Of a stretch of 64,000 nucleotides of DNA, positions 63,851 through 64,000 are shown piece by piece. Each line of letters opens with the position of its first letter. Position 1 is the first letter of the stretch. Position numbers and translations under genes: made by a program. Below the pieces are notes generated by a model, which was not told the DNA's origin, made no database searches, and worked only from the letters and a program-made list of their open reading frames with translations. The DNA comes from Octopus bimaculoides (Eukaryota), in contig NC_068983.1 in the NCBI RefSeq assembly GCF_001194135.2, positions 38,453,202-38,517,201 of the forward strand. Reading direction: 5' to 3'.

Positions 63851-64000
63851 TATATGTATATATATATATATATATATATAACGTGAGAGAGTTAGGGGTT
63901 GGGGGTACAACCTACTAAGGGATAGTATCTATCCAGTATACTGCTGGGAGGGTACCCGATTATTGCTACACTAGTGCTATACTAGGTGCAATCAATGGGA

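Overview
AT-rich animal genomic DNA with 15 N-gaps, saturated with microsatellites and SINEs. The repeat families and fragmented assembly suggest an octopus genome (inference, not verified). One protein-coding gene is well supported: DNALI1 (axonemal dynein light intermediate chain p28) on the minus strand. Three complete exons with canonical AG/GT ends lie at 52493-52635, 47604-47773 and 42701-42865, and one exon is cut by a gap at 44703-44781. Its first and last coding exons were not found. The rest is mostly transposon relics: at least four tRNA-derived SINE families, RTE, CR1-group, Ingi-like, R4-like and HERO-like LINE fragments, a Penelope-like GIY-YIG fragment, mariner and Merlin fragments, and MITEs. 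Most interesting observations: (1) seven minimal type-I hammerhead-ribozyme skeletons from several unrelated Penelope-type end families, one fused to a tRNA/Pol III head with a head-to-head inverted start; (2) a CpG-decay domain at about 34-61 kb that looks like a fossil of germline gene-body methylation; (3) RFX X-box motifs, one at 41368 beside a possible second gene start and two inside mariner terminal inverted repeats (TIRs) upstream of DNALI1; (4) several fold-back and inversion structures. Repeat boundaries are approximate and family names come from remembered consensus motifs; no database search was run.
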